The notes: generated from the letters alone by a model not told the origin. 64,000 nt of DNA from an uncultured Actinomycetota bacterium (GCA_963708625.1 CAVPSV010000004.1:321960-385959); one strand, 5' to 3'. Counted from the first letter of the stretch, positions 20,495-30,492 are shown. Numbers and translations: made by a program.

Positions 20495-23400
20495 CAGCGC
20501 ACCCACATCTGGTCGAAGAACACGCCGAGCACCGAGCTGCGGGTGTAGTTGTGCACCCTCGGCGAGAGGACGTCCACCCACGACGGCGTCACCAGGCCCA
20601 CCCACGCGGCCTGATCGATGAGTTGGCGGTCCAGCTGTGCCCAGGTGGCGGCAGCCGCGGCCGGTGAACTCGCCTGCTCCTGTTCGGCTCGTGCGGTGAG
20701 GGCGTCCAATGCCGGATCGCAGAACTCGCTGGGGTTCAGGCTTGCATCCGAATTCGGCACGAACCCCGAGCACTCGAACTGGGGCACGATGAAGTCCTCC
20801 GGATTGGGCGGTTCGGCGACCCAACCCGCAAAAGATGCCTGGACTTTGTTGGCGGAATTGCCGATGTAGCTGAAGTAGTCGTCCTTGGGGTAGACGACCA
20901 GCTTCGCTCGATACCCGAGCTGGTCAAGCGCGCCGACGACGTCCTGCATACCCGCCGCGGTCCTGGGTCCGGTGACAACATCCACGGCCATGCCTTTGGT
21001 GTGCGACTGGTCGACCAGGCGCTCGGCCGTCGGGAAGTCAGGCGCGGACCAGGCGCCGGCCGTGCCGGGCCGAAGCGTGTACGGGCAGTACGGGCGATAT
21101 CCCGGGAAGTTGGGCGGCAGCAGTTGGCAGGTCGGAATCGCCGGGGTGAACCAGTCGTCGGCCACCGCCTGCCGGTCGATCGCGTACGCAAGTGCGCGGC
21201 GTACCCGCACATCGTTGAACGGCGCGATCCGGGTGTTGAGCGCGACGCCGTGCGCCGCCTCGGTCGGGGTCAGGTACAGCCGCACGCCGAAGCGAGCTTG
21301 CAGTTGCGCCAGTGGCGCGGCGCCGCGCGCGTCGGCCCAGTCCGCCGATCCCGCCGCAACGCGGTTCACCGCGTCCTTGGTGTCCGCGCCGTTCGCGTCG
21401 ACGTTCCACGTGATCGAATCGGGATATCCCGCCGGCTGGGCGGCCGGGGACCACTCGTGGAAGGAGGGGTTGCGGCTAAGGACGATCTGTTTGCCGTCGT
21501 CTCGGGTGATCGCGTACGGCCCAGTTGCGGGGATGGGCTTGGCGCCCTGGTCAGCCAGCGGGGTCGCCGCGGGTGTGGCCACGGCGGCAGCCAGCAGATC
21601 CAGGAAGTCGCCGCTCGGCCGGTTCAGCGTTATCGCGACGGTGTCGGCGCCGGCGTCCGCGGTGACGCCCGAGATCGTGCACCGCTGCGTGGTACACGCC
21701 GAGGCGCCGACGATTTCCTGCGGCAGGCCGGGCAGGCCGCTGGCCACGATCCGCTCCAGCCCACGTTGCACGTCGGCGACGCTCACCACCGCCCCGGTCG
21801 ACCAGCGCACGCTGCCGCGCAGCTGAAATGTGTAGGTGCGGCCGCCGTTCGTCGGCTCGGGAATCGACGTCGCCAGGTCGGGCACCAACTCGCTGCCCTC
21901 CGCCCCATTCGCGTGGCGGAAGCCGACGAGTGCGTCGAAGCTGTCGTTGATCAGCCACAGCGTCCACGGGGTGCCGAAGTAGTCCGGGTCGACCGAACCA
22001 GGGTCCTGCCCGTCCACCGTGATCGATCCGCCGACGTGCCGCGCGGGGTCGATGGTGGTGGTGACCCACAGTCGCCCGCCTGAACTCACCAACGCGGTCG
22101 GAGTGGCTCCGGTGGGCACGGTGCGCACCGGGCGGCTGGACTTGGTGTCGAACTCCCTCAGCGATCGGGATCCCTCGCTGGCGACCCAGAGCGCAGTGCC
22201 GAGGACCGCGATCTTCGTCGGTTCCTCGGCCACCGGCACCGTCTCGGCCACCGAACCGGTGCCGACGTCGATGCGGGTCACGGTTGCGTCCAGATTGTTG
22301 GTCACCCAGGCGCTACTGCCGGAGACCGCGACATCGCGCGGGTCGTTGCCGACATGCACCGTCTGGGTCACCGTGCCGCTCGCCGGGTCGATCACGCTGA
22401 CCGTGTTCGAGGTGGCGTTCACGATCCAGACCGAGTGCGCGACCGCAATGCCGTCCGGGCCGTCGCCGACGCCGATGGTGGCCGTCACCGTGTCGTCGCC
22501 GGGATCGATGCGCGAGACGGTGCCGTCGGCGGTGTTGGTGACCCACACCGATCCGTCGCCCACCGCCAAGCCGGCCGGTGACGTACCGACGACGACGGTC
22601 TGGACCCCATACGTCGTGGGGTCGATGCGCGAGACGGTGCCGGAGCCACTGTTCGCCACCCACACCGAGTCGAAGCCGAAGGCCACTGCCGACGGTGCCT
22701 GGCCGACGCTCACCGTGTTCGTGACGCGTTTGCTCCCGGTGTCGATCCGGCTGATCGTGTTGGCGCCGGTATTGGCGGTCCAGATCGCGCCGGGCGCCGC
22801 GGCCGCTGCCGTGGGTGACAGGTCGACGCCGAGTTGAGCCACGATGTGGCCGTTCTTCGGGTCGATGACACCGACCGCATTCTCGGCCACGCGGTGCAGG
22901 TCGTGCGACGTTCCGGACGTCAGCACCAGTCCGACGGCGGTGCCGGCCACGGCAATGCCGACCGCGGCACCGATCGCGACTGCCCGGCGGCCGCGCCACC
23001 ACCGGGGTCGTCGGTCGCCGGTGCGAGGGAGCGGACGAGCGGCGGCGATGAGTGCGCTCATCTGTCGCGCCGGGTCGTGTCCGTCCGGCACGACCCGCAC
23101 CATGCGGACCGCGTCGCGCAGGCCCTTCACATCCACGGTGCCGCCCGCGACGTAGCGGATGCCGTCGATCGTGCGAGCCAGGTGCGTCACCTCGTGGCTG
23201 GCCAGCGTCTCGCCCGCCTTGGCCAGGCCGCACAACCGGGCCGCGAGGTTGAGCGCGCCGCCGCGGTATCCGTCCGCGCTGCGAACCGCCTCGCCGACGT
23301 CGACGCCGATACCGACAGTCAGCGGCAGGGAGGGATCAGTCACCGTTTCCGTGACGAACCGCTGTTGCAGCGCCACCGCGGCGCGCAGCGACAACCTGGG

Positions 23401-23676
23401 CGAGGCGAACACGCACATGGCCTCGTCGCCACGCAGTTCGAACACCGATCCGCTGAATTGCGCCACTACGTCGCGGACCATGTCGGCGAACCTGGCGGTG
23501 AGCCGGGCGGCCGCCTCGTCGCCGTTGTTCTGGGTGAATGTCGTGTAACCGCGGATATCGGCAAAGAGAAATGTCAGGAGTTCAGACGATTCCGCTCCCG
23601 GTTTCCCGGTTTCGGGTTCGTTCGGCGGGCCGTTGGCGGCGCCGTCCGGCGACATGGCGCCGAGTATGGACCACAT
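20494..23676 (-). CDS. class III adenylate/guanylate cyclase - TM - YVTN/NHL beta-propeller - family-5 solute-binding-protein domain fusion
   Basis: N-terminus LLTFLFADIRGYTTF...RGDEAMCVFASP (cyclase catalytic core). One TM helix (AVAIGAAVGIAVAGTAVGLVL). About 7 repeats of the type VSVGxxPxxxAxxxxxxWVxNxxxxTVSRID. C-terminal SBP_bac_5-like region (PGYRPYCPYTLRPG...). Confidence 0.75.
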   Translation of the reverse strand: MWSILGAMSPDGAANGPPNEPETGKPGAESSELLTFLFADIRGYTTFTQNNGDEAAARLTARFADMVRDVVAQFSGSVFELRGDEAMCVFASPRLSLRAAVALQQRFVTETVTDPSLPLTVGIGVDVGEAVRSADGYRGGALNLAARLCGLAKAGETLASHEVTHLARTIDGIRYVAGGTVDVKGLRDAVRMVRVVPDGHDPARQMSALIAAARPLPRTGDRRPRWWRGRRAVAIGAAVGIAVAGTAVGLVLTSGTSHDLHRVAENAVGVIDPKNGHIVAQLGVDLSPTAAAAAPGAIWTANTGANTISRIDTGSKRVTNTVSVGQAPSAVAFGFDSVWVANSGSGTVSRIDPTTYGVQTVVVGTSPAGLAVGDGSVWVTNTADGTVSRIDPGDDTVTATIGVGDGPDGIAVAHSVWIVNATSNTVSVIDPASGTVTQTVHVGNDPRDVAVSGSSAWVTNNLDATVTRIDVGTGSVAETVPVAEEPTKIAVLGTALWVASEGSRSLREFDTKSSRPVRTVPTGATPTALVSSGGRLWVTTTIDPARHVGGSITVDGQDPGSVDPDYFGTPWTLWLINDSFDALVGFRHANGAEGSELVPDLATSIPEPTNGGRTYTFQLRGSVRWSTGAVVSVADVQRGLERIVASGLPGLPQEIVGASACTTQRCTISGVTADAGADTVAITLNRPSGDFLDLLAAAVATPAATPLADQGAKPIPATGPYAITRDDGKQIVLSRNPSFHEWSPAAQPAGYPDSITWNVDANGADTKDAVNRVAAGSADWADARGAAPLAQLQARFGVRLYLTPTEAAHGVALNTRIAPFNDVRVRRALAYAIDRQAVADDWFTPAIPTCQLLPPNFPGYRPYCPYTLRPGTAGAWSAPDFPTAERLVDQSHTKGMAVDVVTGPRTAAGMQDVVGALDQLGYRAKLVVYPKDDYFSYIGNSANKVQASFAGWVAEPPNPEDFIVPQFECSGFVPNSDASLNPSEFCDPALDALTARAEQEQASSPAAAAATWAQLDRQLIDQAAWVGLVTPSWVDVLSPRVHNYTRSSVLGVFFDQMWVR

Positions 23677-23771
23677 TTCTCACGCGTGCCCGCCCGTGCC
23701 CGAGGACGTGGCCCGAGAAGGTGCCCGAGGACCGACGCGGCACGACGCTCAAACCGGACGTCCAGGCTCGA

Positions 23772-25214
23772 TCATTCTTTGGCGAGCAGGGCGAGTTCCT
23801 CGCGCAGCCATTGGATGAGCAGGTGCAGATCGGGCATCCGGTCCCGATCGGCGATCAGGCCGAAGTCCAGATGACCGCAATAGCTCATCACGGTGATGTT
23901 CAGTCCCATGCCGTCGGTGATCACCGAGATCGGATAGTTCGCGACCAATCGCGCGCCGGCCAGGTAGAGCGGCAGCTGCGGCCCGGGCACGTTGGAGATC
24001 ACCAGATTCCAGGGCGGGCGACCCGCGGCCGAGGTGGCCAGCGCGAACGTCGAACGTGCGGCCAGGGCGAATACCGCGGGCGGGATGAAATGGTTGGCGT
24101 CCTGCAACAGCTCCGCCGGCAGCGCGCGGTGGCGTTGCTTCATGTCGCCGAGCGCGTCGTGCGTCAGGCGCAACCGCTCGACCGGATCCGCTACCTGGGT
24201 GAACAGCGGCGTGGTCTGCAGCATGATCCGGTTGCCGTAGGTACCGGTCTGTTCTTCGGTGCGGACCGAGATCGGGATCTGTGCCACCAACGACTCGGCC
24301 GGCAGCGCGTCGTGTTCGATCAACCAGCGCCGCACCACACCCGCACACAGCGCGACGACGACGTCGTTCACGGTCGTCCCGTACCGATCCTTGACCGCCT
24401 TGACGTCGGCGAGGCTCAACTGCCCGAAGGCAACCTTGCGATGCCCCGAAACGCGGCCGGAGAACGGGGTGCGCGGCGCGGGCAGTCCCGGCAAGCTCTT
24501 GTGCCGCGGCTTGCGCAGCGCCACCTCCCGGGTGCGCTTGACCACCTGGCCGAACGTGCCGACGCCCGGCACCACCGCCAGCGAGCGCACCTCGGCCAGA
24601 TTCGGTAGCGCGGCCGGCGCCGAGCGGGCAAAGCGCACCGGGAACTTCAGTGCACCGACCACCCCGCGAACAAGCATCTCGCCGCTACCGGGCATGCGGT
24701 CGAAGCGAGATGACGGTTCCGGCACCTCGCGACCCTCGGGCGTCAGGTCCAGCAGCGAGGCCATGATCTCGGCCCCGGACAGACCGTCCACCACCGCGTG
24801 ATGGATCTTCGTCAGCACCGCGGCGTGGCCGTCCTCCAGACCCTGGATCAGGTACAGCTCCCACAACGGTCGCCGGCGATCAAGCGGCCGCGCGACGATG
24901 CGCGCCACCTGTTCGGCGAGCTGCGCCTCGTTGCCCGGGGCGGGCAGCGCGATCTCCCGCACGTGGAACTCCAGATCGAAGTCCGGGTCGTCCACCCAAT
25001 AGGGGTAGTCGAGATTCAACGGAACCTCGGCCAGCCGCCACCGCAACGGCGGGACCAGCGGCAACCGCTGTCCGATCAGCTCCTGCACCGCGGCCAGATC
25101 GAGACCACCCGGACGAGTGGACGGATCGAGAATGGCCAATCCACCGACATGCCCGTATTGCGAGGCAGTCTCCATGGCGAGAAATTGCGCATCGAGGCTG
25201 GTCAGCTGCCGCAT
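23772..25214 (-). CDS. wax ester synthase / diacylglycerol acyltransferase (WS/DGAT, Tgs family)
   Basis: Catalytic HHxxxDG motif (KIHHAVVDGLSG). N-terminus MRQLTSLDAQFLAMET. Confidence 0.8.
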   Translation of the reverse strand: MRQLTSLDAQFLAMETASQYGHVGGLAILDPSTRPGGLDLAAVQELIGQRLPLVPPLRWRLAEVPLNLDYPYWVDDPDFDLEFHVREIALPAPGNEAQLAEQVARIVARPLDRRRPLWELYLIQGLEDGHAAVLTKIHHAVVDGLSGAEIMASLLDLTPEGREVPEPSSRFDRMPGSGEMLVRGVVGALKFPVRFARSAPAALPNLAEVRSLAVVPGVGTFGQVVKRTREVALRKPRHKSLPGLPAPRTPFSGRVSGHRKVAFGQLSLADVKAVKDRYGTTVNDVVVALCAGVVRRWLIEHDALPAESLVAQIPISVRTEEQTGTYGNRIMLQTTPLFTQVADPVERLRLTHDALGDMKQRHRALPAELLQDANHFIPPAVFALAARSTFALATSAAGRPPWNLVISNVPGPQLPLYLAGARLVANYPISVITDGMGLNITVMSYCGHLDFGLIADRDRMPDLHLLIQWLREELALLAKE

Positions 25215-25384
25215 GCCGTCCACCGTGTCCCGCGACGCGCCATCTGTCCAGCGAGGGTGGTGGTGGGCTAGCACTCCTCCCGAACATGGGGCTGACTTCC
25301 TGGTGCCGGGCAATCAGCGCGAACAGACTGTGCGGATGGCGACGTCGCGCTCGGCGCACGCGCAGCTGCCGGCCGGGTGAGCCG

Positions 25385-27925
25385 ATGTCGCTGCGGTTCG
25401 GCTGGTACGGCCTGCGCGTCAACCTGCGCCGGCGCCTGGGCGGCTTGCTTGCCGTGGTCCTGCTCGTCGGACTGATCGGCGGCACCGCGATGGCCTCGAT
25501 CGCCGGCGCCCGGCGCACCCAGTCGTCATACCCCGAGTTCCTGCGCAGCACGAACCCGTCCGCCCTGGTGGTGTCGTCCTTCGGCGCCAACACGTCGCCG
25601 TCCTCGAGCAACGCCGCCAACACCGTGACCGAGCAGAGCATGGCGCGGCTGCCGGATGTCGCCTCGGTCCGCAGCGTGATCGCGTTCACCAGCCTGCCGC
25701 TGGACGCATCGGGCAAGCCGGACCCGACGAACGTCCCGATGCTCGCGGCTGCAGGCAGCTTCGACGGGCTGGCATTCACACAGGACCGGGTCGCGGTACG
25801 GCACGGACGATTACCGAACCTGGCTCGATCGGATGAGTTCGTTTCGACGGTCGACGGTGCGCACCTGCTCGGGATGCAGATCGGCCAGGTGAAGTCGTTC
25901 GGGGTGTATACGTCCGCGCAGGCAGTGCTGCCGGGGTTCGGCACGGCTCGTGTCGCGCCCTACTACACGATCACCGCGCGGCTGGTCGGCACCGTGGTGC
26001 TGAACAACCAGCTGATACAGGACGACATCGACCGCTATCCGGCGTTCCTGTTCTTCACGCCGGCGACGACGCGGCACCTGCTCGCGGCGGCGAATGCCAC
26101 GCTGTTCGGCCTGCAGTTGCGCCACGGCGATGCCGACGTGCCTGCGGTCGAGCAGGCGTTCGTACATTCCGTTCCCGCGGGTTCCACCTACGAGTTCCAC
26201 GAAACGGCGAGCATCGAGGCGCGGGTCGAACGGGCACTGCGACCGGAGAGCATCGCGCTCGGGGTCTTCGGCCTCATCGCCGGGGTGGCAGCCCTGGTCA
26301 TCGGCATCCTCGCCTTGTCGCGCCAGCTGCAACGTGACGACAACTCAGCCGCCGTGCTGCGCGCGCTCGGCGCGGGGCCGTGGCTGGGTGTCGCCGACCA
26401 GATGATCGGCCTGGTCGCGGCGATCGTACTCGGGGCGATCGCGGCGGGCGTCGTGGCCGTCGCGCTGTCCCCACTCGCCCCGGTCGGCCCGGTACGGCCC
26501 GTCTACCCCCACCCCGGTGCCTCGTTCGACGCCACGGTGATCGGCCTCGGCGTGCTGGTCGTGGTCGTCGTCCTGGGTGGTTCGCTGGCCTTCCTGGGCT
26601 GGCGTTCGACGCGGCGAGGAGCTGTCGATCCGAATCGCGGCGCTTCGGCACGGCCGTCCGGCATCGCGCGCGCCGCGACGGCGGCGGGGTTGCCGGCCTC
26701 GGTCTGCGTCGGCATCCGCTTCGCACTCGAGACCGGCACCGGCCGGGTCGCGGTACCGATGCGCTCGGCCGCGGTGGGCGCGGTCCTCGCCCTGGTCACC
26801 GTAGTCAGCACGCTGACGTTCGGCAGCTCGCTGCACACGCTGGTCTCCCGCCCGGCGCTCTACGGCTGGAACTGGAACTACGTGCTGAACGCATCACAGG
26901 CCGTTCCAGCGCAAACACTGAAGGCGCTCGGTACCGATCCGGACGTGCTCGCCTGGGGTGACGCCACCGAAGCCGAGATGCAGCTGGACGGGCACAACGT
27001 GCCGGCGCAGATCATGACGCTGCCCGCGGCCGTCACCCCACCGATTCTGACCGGGCACGCGCTGCAGGCCGGCAACCAGATAGTGCTCGGCGCCGCGACG
27101 CTGGCGGAGCTGCACAAGCGCGTCGGTGACGTAGTCACGCTGACCTACGGATCGCCGCAGAACGCACCGATCTACGTGCCGCCGACGCGACTGATCATTG
27201 CCGGGACGGCGGCGTTGCCGGCGATCGGCTACTCCAGCTTCATCGCTGATCACACCTCGATGGGAGTGGGCGCACTCGTCTCGGACGCGATCGAGCCTGC
27301 GGCGTTCATCAAGGCGACGACCAACCCCGATCCGCTATTGAACGGGCCGCAGTTCGCGATGGTGCAGCTGCGCCCGGGCGTCTCGGCCAAGGCCGGCCTG
27401 GCGGACCTGCAGCGCCTGTCCAATGCCGCGGACGCCGCCTTCGCCGCGGACCCGAACGCGGTCGGCAACACCGTGACGCCGCTCGGGGTGCAGCGGCCGG
27501 CCGAGATTGTGAACTATCGGTCCACCGGTAACACGCCGCTGCTGCTGGCAGCCGGCCTGGCCGGTGGTGCCACGCTCGCGCTCGGACTGACCATCGCATC
27601 GTCGGTACGTCGCCGCCGGCGCGATCTCGCGGTGCTGAAGGCGCTCGGTTTCACGCCGCGGCAGCTCGTCTCCGTCGTTGTCTGGCAGGCGATGGTGCCG
27701 GCACTCGTCGGCGTAGCCATCGGGGTTCCCGTCGGCATCGCCGCGGGCCGGCTGTTGTGGAATGCGTTCGCCCGGACGATCTTCGTCGTACCGGAGCCGA
27801 GCGTGCCGCTGCTCGGCGTCGTCATCGCGGCCGTCGCCTCGCTGGCGTTGGCCGCACTTGTCGCCGTTGTGCCCGGGCTGGTGGCCAGCCGGATCCCGAT
27901 CGCAGAGGCCCTGCGGGCCGAATGA
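25385..27925 (+). CDS. ABC transporter permease with two FtsX domains (MacB/DevC-like), no adjacent ATPase
   Basis: ~845 aa. N-terminal TM plus large extracytoplasmic domain plus FtsX 4-TM bundle, duplicated. C-terminal block LAVLKALGFTPRQL.... Confidence 0.7.
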   Translation: MSLRFGWYGLRVNLRRRLGGLLAVVLLVGLIGGTAMASIAGARRTQSSYPEFLRSTNPSALVVSSFGANTSPSSSNAANTVTEQSMARLPDVASVRSVIAFTSLPLDASGKPDPTNVPMLAAAGSFDGLAFTQDRVAVRHGRLPNLARSDEFVSTVDGAHLLGMQIGQVKSFGVYTSAQAVLPGFGTARVAPYYTITARLVGTVVLNNQLIQDDIDRYPAFLFFTPATTRHLLAAANATLFGLQLRHGDADVPAVEQAFVHSVPAGSTYEFHETASIEARVERALRPESIALGVFGLIAGVAALVIGILALSRQLQRDDNSAAVLRALGAGPWLGVADQMIGLVAAIVLGAIAAGVVAVALSPLAPVGPVRPVYPHPGASFDATVIGLGVLVVVVVLGGSLAFLGWRSTRRGAVDPNRGASARPSGIARAATAAGLPASVCVGIRFALETGTGRVAVPMRSAAVGAVLALVTVVSTLTFGSSLHTLVSRPALYGWNWNYVLNASQAVPAQTLKALGTDPDVLAWGDATEAEMQLDGHNVPAQIMTLPAAVTPPILTGHALQAGNQIVLGAATLAELHKRVGDVVTLTYGSPQNAPIYVPPTRLIIAGTAALPAIGYSSFIADHTSMGVGALVSDAIEPAAFIKATTNPDPLLNGPQFAMVQLRPGVSAKAGLADLQRLSNAADAAFAADPNAVGNTVTPLGVQRPAEIVNYRSTGNTPLLLAAGLAGGATLALGLTIASSVRRRRRDLAVLKALGFTPRQLVSVVVWQAMVPALVGVAIGVPVGIAAGRLLWNAFARTIFVVPEPSVPLLGVVIAAVASLALAALVAVVPGLVASRIPIAEALRAE

Positions 27926-27939
27926 CCGCCGGCGCGCCG

Positions 27940-28608
27940 TTAACCGCGCGCTGTTGCGACTCGGCTCGGGATCCGATCGTGGCGGGCCACGAACGCCTCG
28001 ACGTCGGGCGAGTCGATCTCGTCCCGGTGCCGTGCGATCTTCTCATCCGGCCAGTCCCACCAGGCGATCCGCAGCAGCGCCGCTCTGGTCGGCTCGTCGA
28101 AGCGGTACCTGATGTGCCGAATCGGATTGCCGCCGACGATCTCGAACGGCTCGACGTCGCGGGTCACCACCGCACGCGACGCGACGACGGCGCCGTGCCC
28201 GATGGTCACGCCGGAGAGCACCAGTGCCTCGAAACCGATGAGCACGTCGCTGCCGATCACGACCGGGCCGTTACTGCGCACCGACGACTGCGGAATCGCC
28301 AGCCGGCCGTCCGGGCGCAGATGCGCGTGCGCCACCCCAACCCATTCCGGGTGATGCATTCCGCCGTGCAGGATGGTGGCGGAGTGCGCGATCGCGCTGT
28401 ACCTGCCGACCGTGACGGGATCGCCGTCGTGGCGGTGGAACTGGATCAGCCGCACATCAGCGGTCGTCGTGTCGTCATGCAGGATCCGGCGGCGCGGGTC
28501 GCCGGGAAAGTTGGCCTCCGGCCCGAAGATCCAGCGTTGCACCCGGCGTCGAGCCGCGTCGCGCAGTCGCGCGCGAACTGAATGGCTGTGTATGCGTTCG
28601 GTTGCCAC
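27940..28608 (-). CDS. xenobiotic acetyltransferase (XAT, CatB/Vat-like hexapeptide-repeat)
   Basis: Left-handed beta-helix repeats (IGSDVLIGFEALVLSGVTIGHGAVVASRAVVTRDVEPFEIVGGNP) followed by the AWWDWPDEKI tail typical of CatB/Vat enzymes. Confidence 0.7.
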   Translation of the reverse strand: MATERIHSHSVRARLRDAARRRVQRWIFGPEANFPGDPRRRILHDDTTTADVRLIQFHRHDGDPVTVGRYSAIAHSATILHGGMHHPEWVGVAHAHLRPDGRLAIPQSSVRSNGPVVIGSDVLIGFEALVLSGVTIGHGAVVASRAVVTRDVEPFEIVGGNPIRHIRYRFDEPTRAALLRIAWWDWPDEKIARHRDEIDSPDVEAFVARHDRIPSRVATARG

Positions 28609-28693
28609 ACCGGGACGTTAACCGGACGTAGCTGAGCCCGGGCGCCGCGTCTCAGCAGTGTGCCAACCCGCCGCGCATCGCGGCTCGGACGGC

Positions 28694-28984
28694 TCAGGCC
28701 GTCCGTCGCCGGCCGCTGCTCATCCAGGCCAGCACGAACGCGATCAGCGCAACAACTGCGGCAGCAATGCCGTGCTTGGTGTGATGGTGCGTGCTCCCGG
28801 ACTGGTGGCCGGGGAAGAACGACGGCAGATGCCCAGCGGTCCGCGAGAAATACACGACTGCAATCACGGCAAGGACGACGCCGATGATCACCAGGAGCAG
28901 GGTCACCCAGACCGGCGCCAGACGGCGACCATTGCGAGCCATTCGGGCAGCGTATGGAGCCGCCCATGCCGTCGCACTCGACAC
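28694..28984 (-). CDS. small membrane protein (2 TM), unknown function
   Basis: Two hydrophobic helices flanking the His-rich loop HQSGSTHHHTKH. Confidence 0.35.
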   Translation of the reverse strand: MSSATAWAAPYAARMARNGRRLAPVWVTLLLVIIGVVLAVIAVVYFSRTAGHLPSFFPGHQSGSTHHHTKHGIAAAVVALIAFVLAWMSSGRRRTA

Positions 28985-29014
28985 CCAGCACCCACACAGG
29001 CACGCCGAGAGGAA

Positions 29015-29344
29015 CTATTCTGCGAGGCCGAGAAACACGATGAGCGCACGATCGAGCCTGATCAGATCGGCGTCCGGGAGCCGGCCGAGCTGATCCCGCA
29101 GATTCGCCCGCGGCATGGTGGTGATCTTGTCGACCATGATCATGCTGGGCTGCTCGATCCCGGTGGCGGGAGTGGGCTGCACCGAGATCCGAGTCAGCGG
29201 GGCCTCGACCGGATTCGTCGTGAGCGGGCAGACGGTGACCGACGTGGTGGCATCGAAGCGGTCATCCTGAACGATGACCACGGGCCTGGGCTTGCCGGTG
29301 TAGGCACCTCGCGCGGCGGCGACGCGAATATCGCCGCGGCTCAC
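29015..29344 (-). CDS. mazF: type II toxin, MazF/PemK family
   Basis: GKPRPVVIVQDDRF...VTVCPLTTN is MazF-like. 4-nt overlap with the upstream antitoxin gene. Confidence 0.65.
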   Translation of the reverse strand: MSRGDIRVAAARGAYTGKPRPVVIVQDDRFDATTSVTVCPLTTNPVEAPLTRISVQPTPATGIEQPSMIMVDKITTMPRANLRDQLGRLPDADLIRLDRALIVFLGLAE

Positions 29345-29565
29345 TCGGCCGAGGTCCCCTCATCGGACCAGTCGACGGAAATAGCGTCCACGAATTCCTG
29401 GTCGGCAGATTCGTACTCGCTGGCCGCAATTGCCGCCGACTGCCGGTGCGCCTCGGCCACAAATTCCGGCGCACGCACATCAGGCACCCAGATCTGGACC
29501 GGTCGCAGCCCCAACGCACGCAGCCGCTGCCGATGTTCTCGGACTCGTTCCCGCGTGGTCGCCAT
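29341..29565 (-). CDS. antitoxin partner of MazF (RHH/MazE-like)
   Basis: MATTRERVREHRQRLRALGLRPVQIWVPD. Position and overlap with mazF. The start could instead be at 29637. Confidence 0.5.
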   Translation of the reverse strand: MATTRERVREHRQRLRALGLRPVQIWVPDVRAPEFVAEAHRQSAAIAASEYESADQEFVDAISVDWSDEGTSAE

Positions 29566-29709
29566 ACACCCAATGTTACATGTAACGGAGGCCGGAGACA
29601 ACTGGCGTCGCAGCTCAAAGGGGGCGGACTGCTGCACCCGTCGTAATTATCAGCGGGTAGCGCTGTTGCGGCATTGTTAAGATGATCATTGGGCGCGTAG
29701 CGTTCAGGT

Positions 29710-30492
29710 ATGAAAACCCTGAGAGCCCCACGCGCCACATTGGTCGCGATCATTTCAGTATTCGGGCTCGTGATCAGCCTGCTGGCCGGCGGTGGCCTGG
29801 CCGGGGCCAACGTGCCGGGACCACCGGTGATCACCAACGTTCAGGCACCGACGGTGCAGTCCGTCGACCCGGGTCAGGTTGCGACGTTCCAGGCCATCGC
29901 CGACGAAACCGGCGTCGACCTCTCCGCTCCGCACGGCGTGAGTTGGCAGGTCTCCGCCGACCGAGGCACCACCTGGACGAACGTGGCCCCGTCCGCCGGT
30001 ACCGTCACCGACTGCGCCCCCGGCACGAACGAGCTGTGCTCGCAGTTCTCGTTCACGGCCACCCTGCCGGAGAACCAAACGATCTATCGCGTCCTCTGGG
30101 CGTTCTACCTGTGCCAGCCCACCTGCCATCTGCTGACACACGCCTCCCAGGCCGCCGTGCTGCTCGTGGGCACCGGCGAGCGAACCGTGGCGGTCACGAA
30201 GAACCCGTCCGATGCGACCGTGGCGCCTGGACAGTCCGCGCGATTCTCAGCCGCCGCCACCGGCAATCCCGCGCCGGTGGTGCAGTGGTACCAGCTGCCA
30301 CTCGGGTCCGACCAGTTGGCTGCCGTCACGCTGCCGACCGGCCGGTCGACGACACTGGTCGTGCCCGCCGCGAACGCGGTGAACGGCACCCGTTACGAGG
30401 CGTACTTCCTCAACTGGCTCGGCCTCGGCACGCCATATCAGTCGCCGTCAACCGCCACCACCACGCTTGCGACCCTGACGGTCACGGGCTGA
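29710..30492 (+). CDS. secreted protein with two Ig-like domains
   Basis: Signal peptide MKTLRAPRATLVAIISVFGLVISLLAGGGLAGA. Repeated beta-rich modules (VQWYQLP...). Confidence 0.45.
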   Translation: MKTLRAPRATLVAIISVFGLVISLLAGGGLAGANVPGPPVITNVQAPTVQSVDPGQVATFQAIADETGVDLSAPHGVSWQVSADRGTTWTNVAPSAGTVTDCAPGTNELCSQFSFTATLPENQTIYRVLWAFYLCQPTCHLLTHASQAAVLLVGTGERTVAVTKNPSDATVAPGQSARFSAAATGNPAPVVQWYQLPLGSDQLAAVTLPTGRSTTLVVPAANAVNGTRYEAYFLNWLGLGTPYQSPSTATTTLATLTVTG

